From Takakia lepidozioides (Eukaryota > Plantae > Bryophyta): a stretch of DNA of 64,000 nt. Of the stretch, positions 34,069 to 47,800 are shown piece after piece; within the stretch, counting starts at the first letter, position 1; each line of letters begins with the position of its first letter. The notes under the pieces are model-generated. The model was not told the origin of the DNA. It worked only from the letters and a program-made list of their open reading frames with translations, and did no database searches. The position numbers were made by a program, and so were the translations under genes. The DNA is taken from assembly GCA_030704615.1 (NCBI GenBank), contig CM060734.1:28148001-28212000 (forward strand), in the 5' to 3' direction.

Positions 34069-34723
34069 GCTTGGCTTGCGGTCCCAATACAATGGTACAC
34101 CCATCCTTTTCGGATAGTAGAACTGTACTGCTGCCAGTACCTCAGACTCTGGCCACAGAAAGGTCCGACATATGTCTTGCCTACCAGTAACCTGTTTTGC
34201 TCGAACTAAGATATTACTATATCGTTCACTTGCTTCCACGTGCATGTATTTTTGTATGTTGGAGGGTTCATGTTTTTCTGCTTTCCGAAAACTTGCTTTC
34301 CTCATTCGACCTCCGACAAGGAAATGCGGCGCCGCATTTCCAAGTATCGTCGTAGGTACTGGCAGAGGCGGCCTTCGCCAACACCAAACCGCTCCGAAAT
34401 TTTGCACGTGCGAACCCTAATGCGGCACCTTATTTCCCAGTTCAGTTGCAAACCTTTCCCGCCGAATACCGAAGAACAGAATTGTGAAGTACTGCAGACT
34501 GTATTGGTGCAGACTCCATTGGTTCAATCGCGGCAAAAGGGTCAGCTTCATTCCAATGTTAAGGCATGTAAAACCGCGGAATACTCTATACAGGCCAGTA
34601 TGCGTCATCCTTTTGCAGTGGTATACTGGATTTCCCGTTGCACGGTCACTTATTTCCATGAGCGGACTTGTTACTGACGACATATCTTCGCCGCAACCCT
34701 CCCAACAAGTTGAATGAGACTCG

Positions 34724-37700
34724 CTCAAACTTCACTTCCCTCCGCTTCCGATTCGCCTGCCTTTCATACCGTTTCCTAGCTTTGGCAATATTGTACTTTG
34801 CGAGCTTCAACAAACGCTCGCGTTCTTCCAGTACCGCCGCTACTGCCGGTTCCTCAACGTCCTGGGCGGCCCAACTTGTCGGCACCAGAGGTGCTTTTCC
34901 ATAGACCAATACGAAAGGGGAAACTCCCGTTGCGGAGTGTTCTGTATTATTATAACAGAACTTTGCCGCGTCTAAGTGTTCCACCCAGTCTGTTTGGTCT
35001 GCCGACACGTAATTCCGCAAAATCTGCTTCACTACGGAATTCACCCTTTCTGTTTGGCCGTCCGTCGTAGGTCAGAAGGCGGTGCTCATCTTCAACCTCG
35101 TCCCCATCTTCTCCCAAAGTGCCCTCCAAAATTTACTCGTAAACTTTGGATCGCGGTCCGAGACAATATCCTTCGGGACTCCATGATGCTTTAAAACGTG
35201 GGCGAAGTAAAGTCGTCCTGTCTCCTGCGCCGTTGCCGTCTCCTTGGTGGGGATGAAATGGCCCATTTTACTGAACCTATCCACCACCACCATGATTGCA
35301 TCGAATCCTTTTGACAGCGGCATAGCAGTCATGAAATCCATCGAGACGCTTTCCCAAGTCCCCTCTGGAATCGGCAAGGGTTGTAACAGCCCCGCTTGCT
35401 TTTTGTACTCGCTCCAGTTTTGTTGGCATGTGGTGCATGTCTTGACATACTCCTCTGCCTCCTCCCTCAGTTTGGGCCAGAAATACTCTTTCTTCAAGAG
35501 TGCCGCAGTGCGCTTGGCTCCGCCGTGGCCCGCAAGCGGGCTATCATGGCATTCTCTCAAGAGGCTATCTCTGATCCTTCCCTTCGGCACGTAAAGACGC
35601 TTTTGCTTATACCGGAGCAGTCCATTTTGCAAGTGGAACTGCGATTTAACCCCCATCCTCAAGTCCTGCATCACGGACCTCGCCAGCTCATCCTTCTGGC
35701 AAGCCTTCCGGATCTTCCTTTGGAGCGCCGTCTCGCCCTTGTACACCAACAAGAGCTGTTGCTTTCTACTTAAAGCATCGGCCACCACGTTGTCTCGTCC
35801 CGTTTTGCACTGGATATCCACGTCGAACACCGCCAAAGTATCTTGCCACCTAAGTTATTTTGGGGACAACTTGGGCTGCGTAGCAAAATACTTACCGTGA
35901 CATTGTCCGTGAACACCTTCACTGGGTTGGAACCAACATAGTGGCGCCAAAGCTCAAGACAGTGCACCACCGCCTTCATCTCTTTCTCGTGCGTCGGCCA
36001 CCGTCGCTCCACTTCATTCAGTTTCTTACTTTCGTAAGCCACTGGACGTCCATCTTGCATCAGTACACCCCCAATCGTGAACGGACGATCGAACTCCGGG
36101 ATTTTCAAGACTGGAGCTTCCGCCATCCGCTGCTTCAATTCAGCAAAAGCTTGGCCACAAAAGTGTTTCCATGCCCAGACTTTAGATTTACACAGAAGGT
36201 CTGACAGCGGCCCTTAATCTTGGCGAAATTTCTCACATACTTCCGGTAATAGGAGGCGAGTCCTAGGAAGGATCGCACTCCCGGGACCGAAGTCGGAGGC
36301 TCCCAGTCCAAGATCGCCCTCACCTTTCTGTCATCCATTTTGATCCCATCCTGTGTAATCACATGCCCCAGGAACTCCACTTTTGTGACCCCGAATTCGC
36401 ACTTTGAAGCTTTGGCATACAGCCCCTTCTCGCAATTTTTGGAACACCCTTTTCAGGTGCTCCAGGTGCTCCTCCTTTGTTTTCGAGTACACCAAGATGT
36501 CGTCGATGTACACGATCACAAAGTCATCCAACCACTCCTGGAAAAGGCTGTTCATCAGCGTGCTAAATGTCGCTGGTGCATTGGTGAGCCCAAAAGGCAT
36601 CACCAAGAACTCATATGAACCATACCTTGTCCTGCACGCGGTCTTCTCCTCATCTCCTTCCCACACCCGAATTTGGTGATAGCTGGAGCGCAAGTCGATC
36701 CGGCTGAAATACTTCGCTCCTGCCAACCGATCGAAGAGGTCGTCGATCCTTGGCAAAGGGTACCGGTTTTTGATAGTCACCTTATTCAGGGCCCTGTAAT
36801 CGACACACATCCGCAGCGTCCCATCCTTCTTGTCTGCAAATAGCACCGGGGCTCCGTAAGGTGACTTACTCGGCCGGATGTACCCCTTTGACATTAGATC
36901 CTTGAGCTAAGTCTTCAGCTCGACCAACTCTCTGTGGCTCAACCGGTAGGGCGTCTTGGCAGGCGGTTCCGATCCCGGTATCACCTCAATCTTGTGGTCA
37001 ACTCCTCTTCGCGGTGGCAAGCCGCTTGGTAAATCCTCTGGCATCACATCCTGGTATTTCTCCAAAATCCCCTTGATCCAATCTGGGCTCGGCTCCCCAT
37101 CGCCTTCTCCTTTCACTTCTCTAATGTAAAGCAAAATTGGGGCTCGTGTGCCTCCTCCACGGCCCACTCCTTTGCTGACAGAAGGTTTATTCGCCCTCCC
37201 ACGGATTTGGGCGTTTCCGACACTCGTAAAACCTCGCCACCATTCCCACATGGCAGCGTGACTACTCTCTTGCGGCCATCTATGACCGCTCCGGATTTGC
37301 TCAAAAAGGTCATCCCCAAAATGAGATCTACTCCATCGATCTCACAGATGGTGAGATTCTCACGTCCCTCCCAACTCCCCAGTTGAAGAGGAACATCAAA
37401 CGCCAACCTTGTCGTCAACTGTGGTTCTCCTTTGGCAGAGCGCTCCTCAATAGAGGCCCCCACGTCACTTGTCGGGAGTCCCAACTTTCGCGCCGCTGCC
37501 GGCGTCATGAAGGAGTGCGACGCTCCTGTGTCCACCAACAACGACACGTTAGTTCCGGATATTATCCCATCCACGAACAATAACTGACTCCCCTTACGCA
37601 GGGCGCCAGTTTCCTGATACAACTCACAAGAATAGTTGCCTACCTTGCAAGTCCTGGCGACCACCGCTTCCACCAAGCGACTGATGGTATCTTCCGACAG

Positions 37701-39583
37701 CTCCGTGGTTGCCCGAGTCATGTTCAATTGACGAGGTTTTGTGCACTTCTTGGCCATGTGCCCGGGCTCCCCGCAATTGAAACACACTCCATCAAAGGTC
37801 GCCTTCTGTCCGCCATAAGCCGCTCCACCCGCTTTTCTTTCGAAGCACCGGGTGCCGCCTTGACGTGTGAAGGCCCTCCCTTCGATTTCCACGTGCCATT
37901 GTCGCCGCGTGGCCTATCCCACTTCTTTTCTGGTCGGAAGGAGTCACCTTCCCGCTGGGTCTTCTTGTGGTTCAGCTCCATACGGCCTTGTCTCTCACCC
38001 CTAGGGACATCCGAGAAACATTCAGCCCTCTCAATTGCCTCGTTCAAAGTCTTGGGTGGCTTCTCCTCCAACTTCCGCCTGGCCCATGGGGCCAGTCCCG
38101 CCACAAAGTTGAAGACCATTTCTGGTTCTGCCATGTCCGCGACTTCGACTTCGAGCAACAGCACATTGAAAGCCTGGACATACCCCCGAATGTCATCTGT
38201 TTGCTTCAAATTCCATCTTGTCCCGGGCTAGCCAGGACGCGTTGAGGGGCACAAACTGTCTCTTCATCAATTCCTTGAACCCACTCCAGTTCAAGGTTTC
38301 CGGGCTTGGGCCTCGGTCGTGAAGGCGTTTCTGCCACCATTGTTGAGCATAGCCCCTCAAATAGGTGGGAGCCACTTCCACCCGATCCTCGTCACTCAAC
38401 TTGGCCGCCCGGAAGTACTGCTCTAGCTCCAGGAGCCAGGTGTTGAGTGCCTTCCGATTTCGGACGCCCTCGAAGGTGCCGGGTTCCTTAGGCTTCACTT
38501 TAAACTTTGCCTTAGGGAAGTGGCATTAGCCGCCTTCAACACGTCTTTCAATGTCCCGCCAAACTGCGCCAACAACCCTTCTCAAAAGGCTGCCGGCATG
38601 GGAGGCATCTGTTGGTCGGTCGGAGCTCTCACGGATTCCTCGGGCTCCGACTCCTCGATTCCTCCCGCTCTGAGCGGCCTCGCTTTCAGAAACCTGCGTC
38701 GCTTCCTCAAACGGCCGCTTCGGTGACACGTCGCCCCCATCGGGCTCACCAGGATCATCATCTTTTGGGCCGTTCCGCTTTCGCTTTGGCTTGCCCGACC
38801 CCATGATGAGGCCAATCCCAAGGACGATCGCGTACTGAACTCTAAGCTCTGATACCAAGTGTCGCGCACCTCACTTCGGTAAGCTCCCCTTCAAGTCATA
38901 GTTACTCGCTTTGATGCACGCGCCTGACTCCCAACCTGGCCGCCCGGCCAACTTGGAGCTTCGGCTGCTCACCGGGACATAACGGTCCCCCTTCGGTTCC
39001 CACTAAACCCTCCACCTATTTGGGACTAGGAGAATTCTCTTTGGTAGATGGCAGTCCGGAACAGCTCCCCACTCTTTGGTCGCTTTCCGGCTCGCTCGCT
39101 TACTCACTAGTTTTGGTCACCAACGGGCTTGCACCGTTCTCGGGGTCACTACTCCCCTTATATATACTTTTGTAGCTGTCCGCGGAGGTTTCACAACCAG
39201 CCATGCCATTTTATGGTGAACCACCACGAAAACCCTCGACTCCCGGTGATGAGTCACGGTGAGTCTTGGCCCACTCACCACGGCCCCTCTGGACCGTGAT
39301 GAGTCCCAAGACTCCCCACGACTCCCACCACGAGGCTCCGCCCCCATGGTGAGTCATATGCCACCCCCACTAAGTCCCGCTAAGCTACCACCACCCCTTG
39401 TGGAGCCACCCCACCGCAACCCGGTGTGCGGGGCTCCACCTAGTGAGCGCCTCCCGCCTCCTTGAGTGCCTTGGGCACTCAAGGGTGCTTCAGCCCCCCA
39501 TACCTATCGCTGCGCTGCCCCCACCACAGGGGCAGCCCCTCATGTGTCCCGACCCCCTGCCCTCAAGGCAAAGGGCCGCGACA
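34724..39583 (-). mobile_element. Chromovirus copy 2, 3'-truncated (5' LTR 38860-39583; gag-pol cut inside integrase)
   Basis: Reverse-complement match to copy 1 from the LTR through ...RKRREVKFE. No chromodomain or 3' LTR. Confidence 0.92.
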
Positions 39584-40627
39584 TTCATGGTATTTATGCT
39601 AAATTGATATTGTAGTTGTGGAGAACGGAAGACATGTTAATTTCGCATGGCATTTGGCTAGCATTATATTGGTGTACACTGTGCACTTCTGAAGTATTAT
39701 TGATAGCTTTATATGCAGATTGTTAGCTTTATGTGCAGATTGTTGATAAATTTGAATTGATAAATAATCCATATGATTTATTTAGACAATTTTGATCAAA
39801 CAAATTGAAATAAAATATAAATTCAAAGATGTTGGCGTTCATATTTAGAAGCACGCAACGGAGCACAAAGTAAGCCAAAGAGAACTAAATCCCTCAAAAG
39901 TTCTCTCCCCTTGAGCTCTCAATTTTGGAATGTTTTTTCTGAAGTTGCTATAAGCTCAAATTAGAGGTGTGAAGCATACCAAAAAGAAGAAAATGGGTCG
40001 GTCAAGCATGGGGGCAAGCACCGTGCTTGGGAACCTTGTGGGAACCCAATGAGAACCGAGGAACACTCGGGAACCGTTCCCTGCCGCGGGGAACTGCCGC
40101 GGCTCTATCGGACGAATGAATCTCGCTGAGAGCTCATCCCTGCCACTACATTCGTTAGTCCAGAACATGCATGCGTAAATAATAAAATAACCACTGGTGG
40201 GTCCAAGCCAAATTTCACCCCCTTACATTATTTTAAGGCGCTGGTGCGCTTTCCCTCCGTGGAAAAAGTCATCCTCTACCTTGGGCTCTGACACAAAGGC
40301 TCACTGTAGCCGAGTTTTTAGGACAGAGTACTTTCTCTCCTCCCTTGTCTCTCGAGGTCTCCGCCTCTAGCTCACTGCTCCCAGGCCCGTTTGGCTCTCT
40401 CTGGGAGTCCTAAGATCGCTCCCCTCCAAGGCTACGTCCTCCCAAAATCTTAGATTTTATCTACCATTGGCGCCTTAGATAATGGCTCTTAACCCTTAGA
40501 GGGGTATAAATTGAATCTAATAGCTAAAGATAAGAATACCCCCCTTTAAGGGAATTTGCAGACGCATTGTCCGCTGGGTAAAACGCCCCCGCCACGTGGC
40601 GGTGCGCAGATCCGCGCGTAGCGGTCC

Positions 40628-42000
40628 AAACCTGGGCGCAAGCATGCCAATGCTCATCATTTAAGTCGTCTATCGAAGGAAGTAGGCAAAGAGCCGATAG
40701 ATGATTCTCTTCCCGATGCTGCCCTTTTTGTGGTTGATGTGATGACAGGGGAGTATGCTCTCATTTTTAATTACCTATCGTTACAAGAATTTCCAGAGGG
40801 TTATACTGAGAAGCAGAGGCGTCAGTTGGTCGAAAAGACGGCGCCTTATACGATTATTGGTGAAACATTGTACAAACTAGGGAATGATGGTGTATTGCGC
40901 CGTTGCATCTTGGAAGCTGAAGTTCCAACGATACTTGAGGGGTGCCATGCCGATTCTTGTGGCGGTCACTTTGCAGGAGATGCCACCGGACGGAAGGTAT
41001 TATTGACAGGTTATTGGTGGCCTACCCTATTTAAGGATGCTTTTGCTTATGTGCGTCGATGTGATGCATGCCAACGCGTTGGTAAGCCTGCGCGATCGAG
41101 TTCTATGCCCCTGGTTCCCATCCTTGCACAGACACCTTTTGAGAAGTGGGGCATCGATTTTGTTGGACCTATCGCCCCTGCTTCTCGCAATGGTCAGAAA
41201 CGCTATATTCTTGTTGCAACTGAATATGTCACTAAGTGGGCTGAAGCCATGGCCTCTCGCACCGATACGGCCAAGGTTGTGGCGCTGTTTCTTTATGAGA
41301 ATATCATTTCTCGATTTGGTTGTCCTCGAGAGCTTGTGAGCGACCGTGGTACACATTTTTTAAATTCTATTATTGAGCAGATGACTGCCAAATATGTCAT
41401 TAAACATCGGAAGACTACTCCTTATCACCCACGAGCTAATGGTCAGACGGAGAAGACCAATGGGTTGCTCTGTGGTATTCTAACAAAGACAACTTCTGGT
41501 ACTGGCAGCGATTGGATACTAAATTATTTTCTGCATTATGGGCCTATCGGACTGCATTTAAAGTTACTACCGGATTTACTCCCTTCTAGTTGGTTTATGG
41601 ACAAGAGGCAATATTGCCTATCGAGCTTGAAATTCCTTCCCTACGCATAGCTATCGAGGAACGGTTGGGCGATGTTCCATCCCTATCGGCTCGTCTATTG
41701 CAATTGGTTAAGATGGATGAACTTCGTCGGCAAGCGTTACAGAACATTGAAGTCACCCAATTGCGGCGGAAGGATTATTATGATAGCTGCCTTAAGCCCA
41801 AGATATTTAAAGCTCAAGATTTGGTCCTTCTTTATGATAGCCGTTTTCAAAAATTTCTTGGTAAATTGAAGATGAGATGGCTCGGGCCCTATCGGGTGGT
41901 GGAAGCTTTTCCAAATGGCTCTATACAATTGGCTACCATGAATGGCGACCCATTGTTGACCCGCATCAACGGCGATCGTCTTAAGTTGTACTTGACCTAA
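40628..42000 (+). pseudogene. Non-chromoviral Ty3/Gypsy pol fragment (RNase H end + integrase)
   Basis: KPGRKHANAHHLSRL; CHADSCGGHF..GYWWPTLFKDA..CDACQR; PFEKWGIDFVGP; SDRGTHF; YHPRANGQTEKTN; WLGPY. One frameshift near 41515. Confidence 0.88.
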
Positions 42001-42273
42001 TGTTTCTGTGGGCAGAATTTAGGTTAAGTGGGAGGGGGTGTCAATATGTATGTGTCTGTCAGCAGTGTCATTATGAGTATATTTGCGTCGTCGGCTGTAC
42101 AATCTGTTACAATGTTGGGGTGGCGGTTAGGTTTTAATGATTGACTCCGTATTTGCCAGCTGTTAAGACAGGTTACCCTGAGTGATAGATAGGATTGGGG
42201 CTCTTCTTGCCATTCTTCTAGCTATCATTCTTGTTATCTGCCAGTGTTCTTGCAATTTGCATAGTCTGTCACA

Positions 42274-45039
42274 GTGAGAAGTAAGAGTACTGAGCGACAG
42301 AGAGTATTGAGTGCAGTGAGTGTTGGGGAGCAAATTAGTGTTCCAAGTCAATCCGTCACGATGGTGAAGAAAGCTGTACAGCAACCATTGCCACCACCGG
42401 TTTCTATGATGGCAGAAGAATTAAGGAGTTGTGACATTTCTATGATTTTGGGTGAACGAGAGCAGAAAGCGTTGTGGAGATAGGCGCAGATGATGGAGTT
42501 TTTGATTCTTTGTTTGAAGGGGCTGCCAAAGCCTAGCATGTCATTAGTGATGCAGTTTTACAATTCCTATTATCCTAGCTCAAAGAGTGGAATAGTGAAG
42601 GGCTCGCCGATAGTTGTTGATGCCCGCACTGTAACAGAGGTCTTGCTATTACCCTCAGCAGGGATTGAAGTTGATGGCTTTAAAGATAATCTTTTGTTCC
42701 TGCAAGCCATTTTTAAGGAGGGTGCTTTCAATCGAATGGGGGGTTGGGCAGTTGCTAAAGCAGCGAATCCTGAAATGATGGAGTGGATGAAATTTGCAGT
42801 GAGCCGGTTAGCCCTGAAGAAGGCTGCTACTTATGTCGCGTCATCGCAACTCAATGCAGTGGTAGCGACATTCATGGGTCTGCAAATTGATTGGGCAGGA
42901 TTTGTGTGTGGAAAGATCCATGAGGAGATAGTAGCAAAGAGGAAGGCTGGTAAGACCGATACTTTGTTTTGTGCAACTTATTTGTCTATGATTTTGCAGC
43001 ATCGATTGAAGGTGCCACCTTCTGTCAATACGAATGTTACGGAGACTATTGACAGACCGGAGTCGAGCAGGACGAATGAAAGGGCCTCAACATTGGTGAC
43101 TGCCACTACCACTGTTGCATTGGTAGAGTCGGGGGGCAAAGATGCCGGCAGTCAATCGTCTTTTGCGACAAAGCTCCGTGATTTGGTTGAGGGATTGCAA
43201 ATGGTAGCAGCAGAAGCCCTGGATCACGAGGATTTGCGGAAAGAATTGGCTGATTTGAGGATTGTGCATACTGTCACCTTATCGCGGAATCAACAGTTAC
43301 AGCTTGCGTGGGATGATGCGAAGAAGAGAATAGAAGCCGATGTAAAAGAACTCCACAAATTCCAGGATCAGTGGAAGATGAAAGAGGCTCGTCAGCAGCA
43401 GGCTATTGTTGAGAAGGATGCACTCATTGCTACACAGACAGAGTAGATGAGGTCAAAAGAGGCTCATGTCAGTGAATTGGAGAGGCAATTGGCGGAGATT
43501 ACCAAGCAAGTAGCAGAGATGGGGAAACAACCTGCCACCATAGTCACTCCTGAGGAACGATATGTAGCTTTGCAGCAGGAATTTGTTTCTTATCGCGCTG
43601 AGCAGCAAGGGGAGATGGATGTGATAGAACAGACCATGAAGGCACAAATGTCCGAGTTGCAACAGTTCAGAGAGACGATAAGACCTGCAAAAATTGTTGG
43701 ACTCAGTGTTTTGCAAGGATGGCATGAGGTGTGCTATGCTCAGAGCCTTAGTCAAGGATATTTGTATGATAGTACTATTTTGCAATTGCTTTTCAATGGC
43801 GGAGAGAAGCCGATTGATTTGGAGGAAGAGTGGGAAGACCTGTGCAACTATCGCATGGAGAATTTGGCCGTGGAGATGGTGATTAGGAGAGACGTGGCAG
43901 TCGCCCATCCCGAGCAGTTCTTGTTTACTGTTGGAGATCCTACCAATCGCTATTTTTTGTATTATAAACAGTTGGAAGATAGGCTGGAGGCGTTTTGACA
44001 ATCTCACCTCCGGGATAGGCACTGGAATCGAGTACATGCTTGTGGTTTTCTCTCTGCTATTCCAAGGCTAGATGACAAACTGTTGCCGAGGTACCTGGAT
44101 ATGGTGCAACCGCTGGTGGCTCAAGTATTGGACGAGGCCCAGTTCCATACGATGTTGGAGAAAGCTCATTGCAGGTATCGGCTGGTTCCGGAGTGTTTAC
44201 ATGGATCTGCCTATGTCTGGATGCAGACTGCAATTCAGCAACGGGTAAGCAAGTGGATGGAGGCAAAAACTTGGCCAGAGTTATTGACGGCCAGATGAAT
44301 GGAGAACTTGTACATCAATCAACCCAGTGCTACACAAGTCTCGCAGGTGGGGTTCGCGATATTCGAACGATGTCACTTTCCTACTAACTGGGAGTACTCA
44401 GAGTTTTTGGGCAAGACGGAGAAGGTCTATGCGGATTCTGACGATAAGGTGCTGCCATGTTGGGAAGTGTTGTTATGGATGGGGCAAGACTATGGCCACA
44501 CTGCAACGGGAGAATCGATTTTGAGGATGGGCACTCGATTGACACCAATCAGTGGACCATGGCCACGGAATATTATAGGCCGATTTGGTGTATGTATGTG
44601 TGCGCGTCGTGGTCAATGGCACGAGAATGAGCACTTAACGTCCTTACCTTACAATTGGCCATTAATTCCGGGAGAGTTCAGCAGTGCGGACTACTGTGAG
44701 ACAGCGTACAAAGCGTTCCAGGGGCTGCATGCGAATCATTTTGATCCTTTGTGTTTTATGGCAGCTATCTTTTGCGGGGTTTTGGCTAAGTGGTGTCACT
44801 ACTACCATGTTGTTGTTGATGTTAACAGGCCTATGTTGGGAGGACATGAATTTGGGATAGTGGCCAAGTTATTGCATCACCCGGCAAGGGAAATGAGGGT
44901 ATTAGAATTGATGTGCTTGGCTGGATTTCTTCAGTGTGCAGATTCTGCTGTGTATGATGATTGGGGGCCTTCGCGGTACCACCCCTACATGGCGTTCAAG
45001 CAGTTCCAGAAGGAGGGAGATGAGCGTGACCATCGTTGA
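42274..45039 (+). pseudogene. Long additional ORF (~920 codons, coiled-coil middle, Cys/His-rich C-terminus) downstream of integrase
   Basis: ORFs 42274, 42490, 43447, 44083 and 44299 are all in the same frame and separated only by TAG/TGA stops. Confidence 0.65.
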
Positions 45040-45136
45040 TCGCATGAGTCAGAGGGGAGGCGGGAGAAGCGGCCAAGAAATTAGTTGCAGAAGATATAGT
45101 GTTTGCGAGGGCGCTACACAATTATGAGTGAGGCTA

Positions 45137-45701
45137 TGTAGAATAATAGGAATTTCTGACTTAATGACAATTTTCAGAACTTTTTAATATCTTTCTCATC
45201 GATATAGCCTGCGATATCTTCGATATTGCTACGATAGGGCAGTATTCTTCGATATCTTGTATACAGCCGATAGTCTATCTTGGACTGAATGATATAAGAG
45301 ATGGATGAATAATTGTAAAGGATGGATGAAGGAGTTTGAGCGGTTATTACAGTTATTGAAGCGCCTTGCTATATAATGCGTTCACGAGAAGCAGAAAGTG
45401 TCAGTTGAGCCAGAGAGCCGTGACTGGAGTAGGGAGAGAGGAGTGAGTAGGAGATAGACTATAGAGTTATTCTGCAATGGTAGATTTAGTACTGCGTTCT
45501 TGCAGTGTTGTGATTTATGAATGAGAAGAAGAAGAAAAAGGAAGTGCAATTCACTTTGTGTATGTGTGAAGAATGGAGTGATGGAATGAGAATGTGATTC
45601 TGTGTGTAAGAACTAAAGAACCATAATTATATGAGATGGTGTGAATGCGCACAAGTGAAACCGATAAGAATTTGGTGTGAGAATTAGTTTCTGGTCTATC
45701 A
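45137..45701 (+). repeat. Candidate 3' LTR of the non-chromoviral Gypsy
   Basis: TGTAGA...TCTATCA ends, TATATAA at ~45371, GA-rich downstream. Ends exactly where the opposite-strand pol fragment is cut. There is no second copy in the window to confirm it. Confidence 0.4.
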
Positions 45702-47800
45702 AGAGAAGTGGGAATTAACGGCATTCCGAGCCTGTTATCTCGCTTGGCGTACCTATGACAAGAGTCGCATTTCCACACATGCATGTGCACATCTTTGAAC
45801 ATGGAGGGCCAGTAGTATCCTGCCCTCAAAGCCTTCTGCACTGTGAGCCGCCGTGCAAGTGTCCTCCACACATGCCATCATGGGCTGACTCTAAAATCTG
45901 GGGAACCTCCTCCGGGGTGACGCATCGCCTCAAGAGTCCATCCAATCCCCTTCTATAAAGTTGCCCTCCCACAAGAGCAAACTTCATGCTGCGCAGTCGA
46001 AGCCTTCATCGTGCATGTCGATCCAATCCTGGGGGAAATTCCAGGGTGCTTAAATACTGAGCTATGTGTTCATACCATGGAGGAACGGTCTCTATGGAGA
46101 ACAAAAATGCATCCGGGAAGTCATCGTCAATAGGCTCGGCCCCTGTTTCCTCCGACAATCGGGAAAGGTGATCGTCCTGAGCATTAAGCCTTCCGGGCTT
46201 GTAGACTATCTTGTAGTCGACTTCCTGAAGCAGAATAACCCACCTAGCTATTCTTCCCATCAAATCGGGTTTGTTGATCAGGTATCGTAATGCCATGTGA
46301 TCAACAAAAAAAATGAAAGGTGTCTCCAACAAATAATGCCGATACTTCTTTACGGCAAAAATCATTCCCAGAGCCTCCCGCTCCGTGGTGCTATACCTTG
46401 TTTCGGCGAATGTCAGCTGTCGACTGGCGAAAGATATCGGATGATCATGGCCATCAACATCTGGTTGGCACAGGGCACAGCCTACGGCCACTGCTGAAGC
46501 ATCAACGTAAACATGGAAAGGCATGTTCTAGTCGGGAGCGGCCAAAACGGGAGCGGACACCAAGCGCTACTTGAGTGTCTCGAAAGACTCCTGACACCCT
46601 GTATCCCAGGAAAATACCTAGTTCTTCTTCAATAATCGAGTCAGAGGTAAGGCCTCTGCTGCATATTTGTCCATAAATTTCCTATACCACCCTGTGTGGC
46701 CAAGGAACCCTTTCACCTTAGATGATGTCTCTGGTGCAGGCAATTCGACTATGGCGCTCACCTTTGTTGGATCTGTGGCCACGCCATCTTTGGACACTAT
46801 GTGCCCTAGTAGCAGTCCATGTGTGACTGCAAACACACACTTCATTGGTTTGAGAGAGATCCCATTCTCCTTGCACCGGATGAAGCACTCCCGTACTGCT
46901 GCAACGTGATCTTTTGCATCCCCATTGCAACAAAAGTCATCTAAGAAGATGACCAAATTTCTTCTCACGATGTCTGAGAAGGCATACGTCATGACCCTTT
47001 GAAACGTCAGGGGTGCGTTGCACAGGCCAAAGGGCATCCGTGTATAGGCAAAGGTGCCCCATGGTGAGGTAAAGGTGGTTTTCAACACGTCCTTTGGGTC
47101 AATCAACACCTGATTGTACCCTGAAAATCCATCCATGAAGGAGTATAGCTCCTTTCCTGCTACTTCTTCCACCAAAGTATCTATGAATGGCAAGGGAAAA
47201 TGATCCTTGTGTGTTACCTTGTTAAGGGGGCGGAAGTCCACGCATACCCTTAGGCCTCCATTCTTCTTTCGGACGATCACCATCGGAGACACCTATGCTG
47301 ATGTTTCCACCGGGAAAATAAATTCTGCACCACAAATCCTCCTCACTCAAGTCTGCAGACTCCTCTTCAGAGCCAATCATGCTGAGCTCATCCTCATCTG
47401 TTTCTTTCGTGAGGTGCTCCAGAAAGCAATGCAACAGTAGTAGTGTAAGGTCTTACCCCATAAGTAATGGTGCCTGCCCCCCAGTCCGTTCGTGCCCTGG
47501 ACTGGACCAACCATGGCTCCCTAATAGGAGTGCATACAAATATTCGTCGATGGGGAAGTTTATGATTTGGAAGTCTACTGCATACGTGTAGCCTCCTGTC
47601 CTCATCTTTATATTTGCTATGTGACCCACTGGTCGGATCTTCCGCTGGTCAGCTAGCCTGATTGTCAGAGGGGATTCCCCTGCCATGTTCAAACCCAGTT
47701 TGGATAGAGTGGAGAACGGGATGAGCTCCCATCATCCACTAAACAATGCCGTATGAATCGGTCAGCAATTTCCACTTCTATCTCTACTGGTCCTAGGTCG
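45702..47800 (-). pseudogene. Second non-chromoviral Ty3/Gypsy pol fragment (protease remnant, RT, RNase H, integrase Zn finger)
   Basis: LRVCVDFRPLN, MDGFSGYNQ, MPFGLCNAP, FLDDF; YVDASAVAVG, YSTTEREALG, FVDHMAL; AGYYWPSMFKD..CDSC. Confidence 0.88.

Larger units (their letters stand above)
93..34695 (+). mobile_element. Element A: Mutator-related DNA transposon carrying a ParB/MTase-like gene; interrupted by element B (12600-32262); own right end missing
   Basis: Begins GGGGGCTGCTATTTCATGAGC at 93. Contains the ParB-MTase gene (-), a palindrome array and a transposase (+). The transposase reading frame ...RRVY|GEDPNVPMEGKERSC... is split exactly by element B. The sequence breaks off at 34695 into filler plus a truncated retroelement. 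Confidence 0.8.

Noticed and set aside
39584-40627. Possible LTR/PBS (TGGCGCC at ~40468) or host promoter
   Set aside because: There is no partner repeat, ORF or clear boundary in the window.
42026-42045. PPT + LTR start directly after the integrase stop (GGGAGGGGGTG)
   Set aside because: A long same-strand ORF follows and there is no second LTR copy to support a boundary here.
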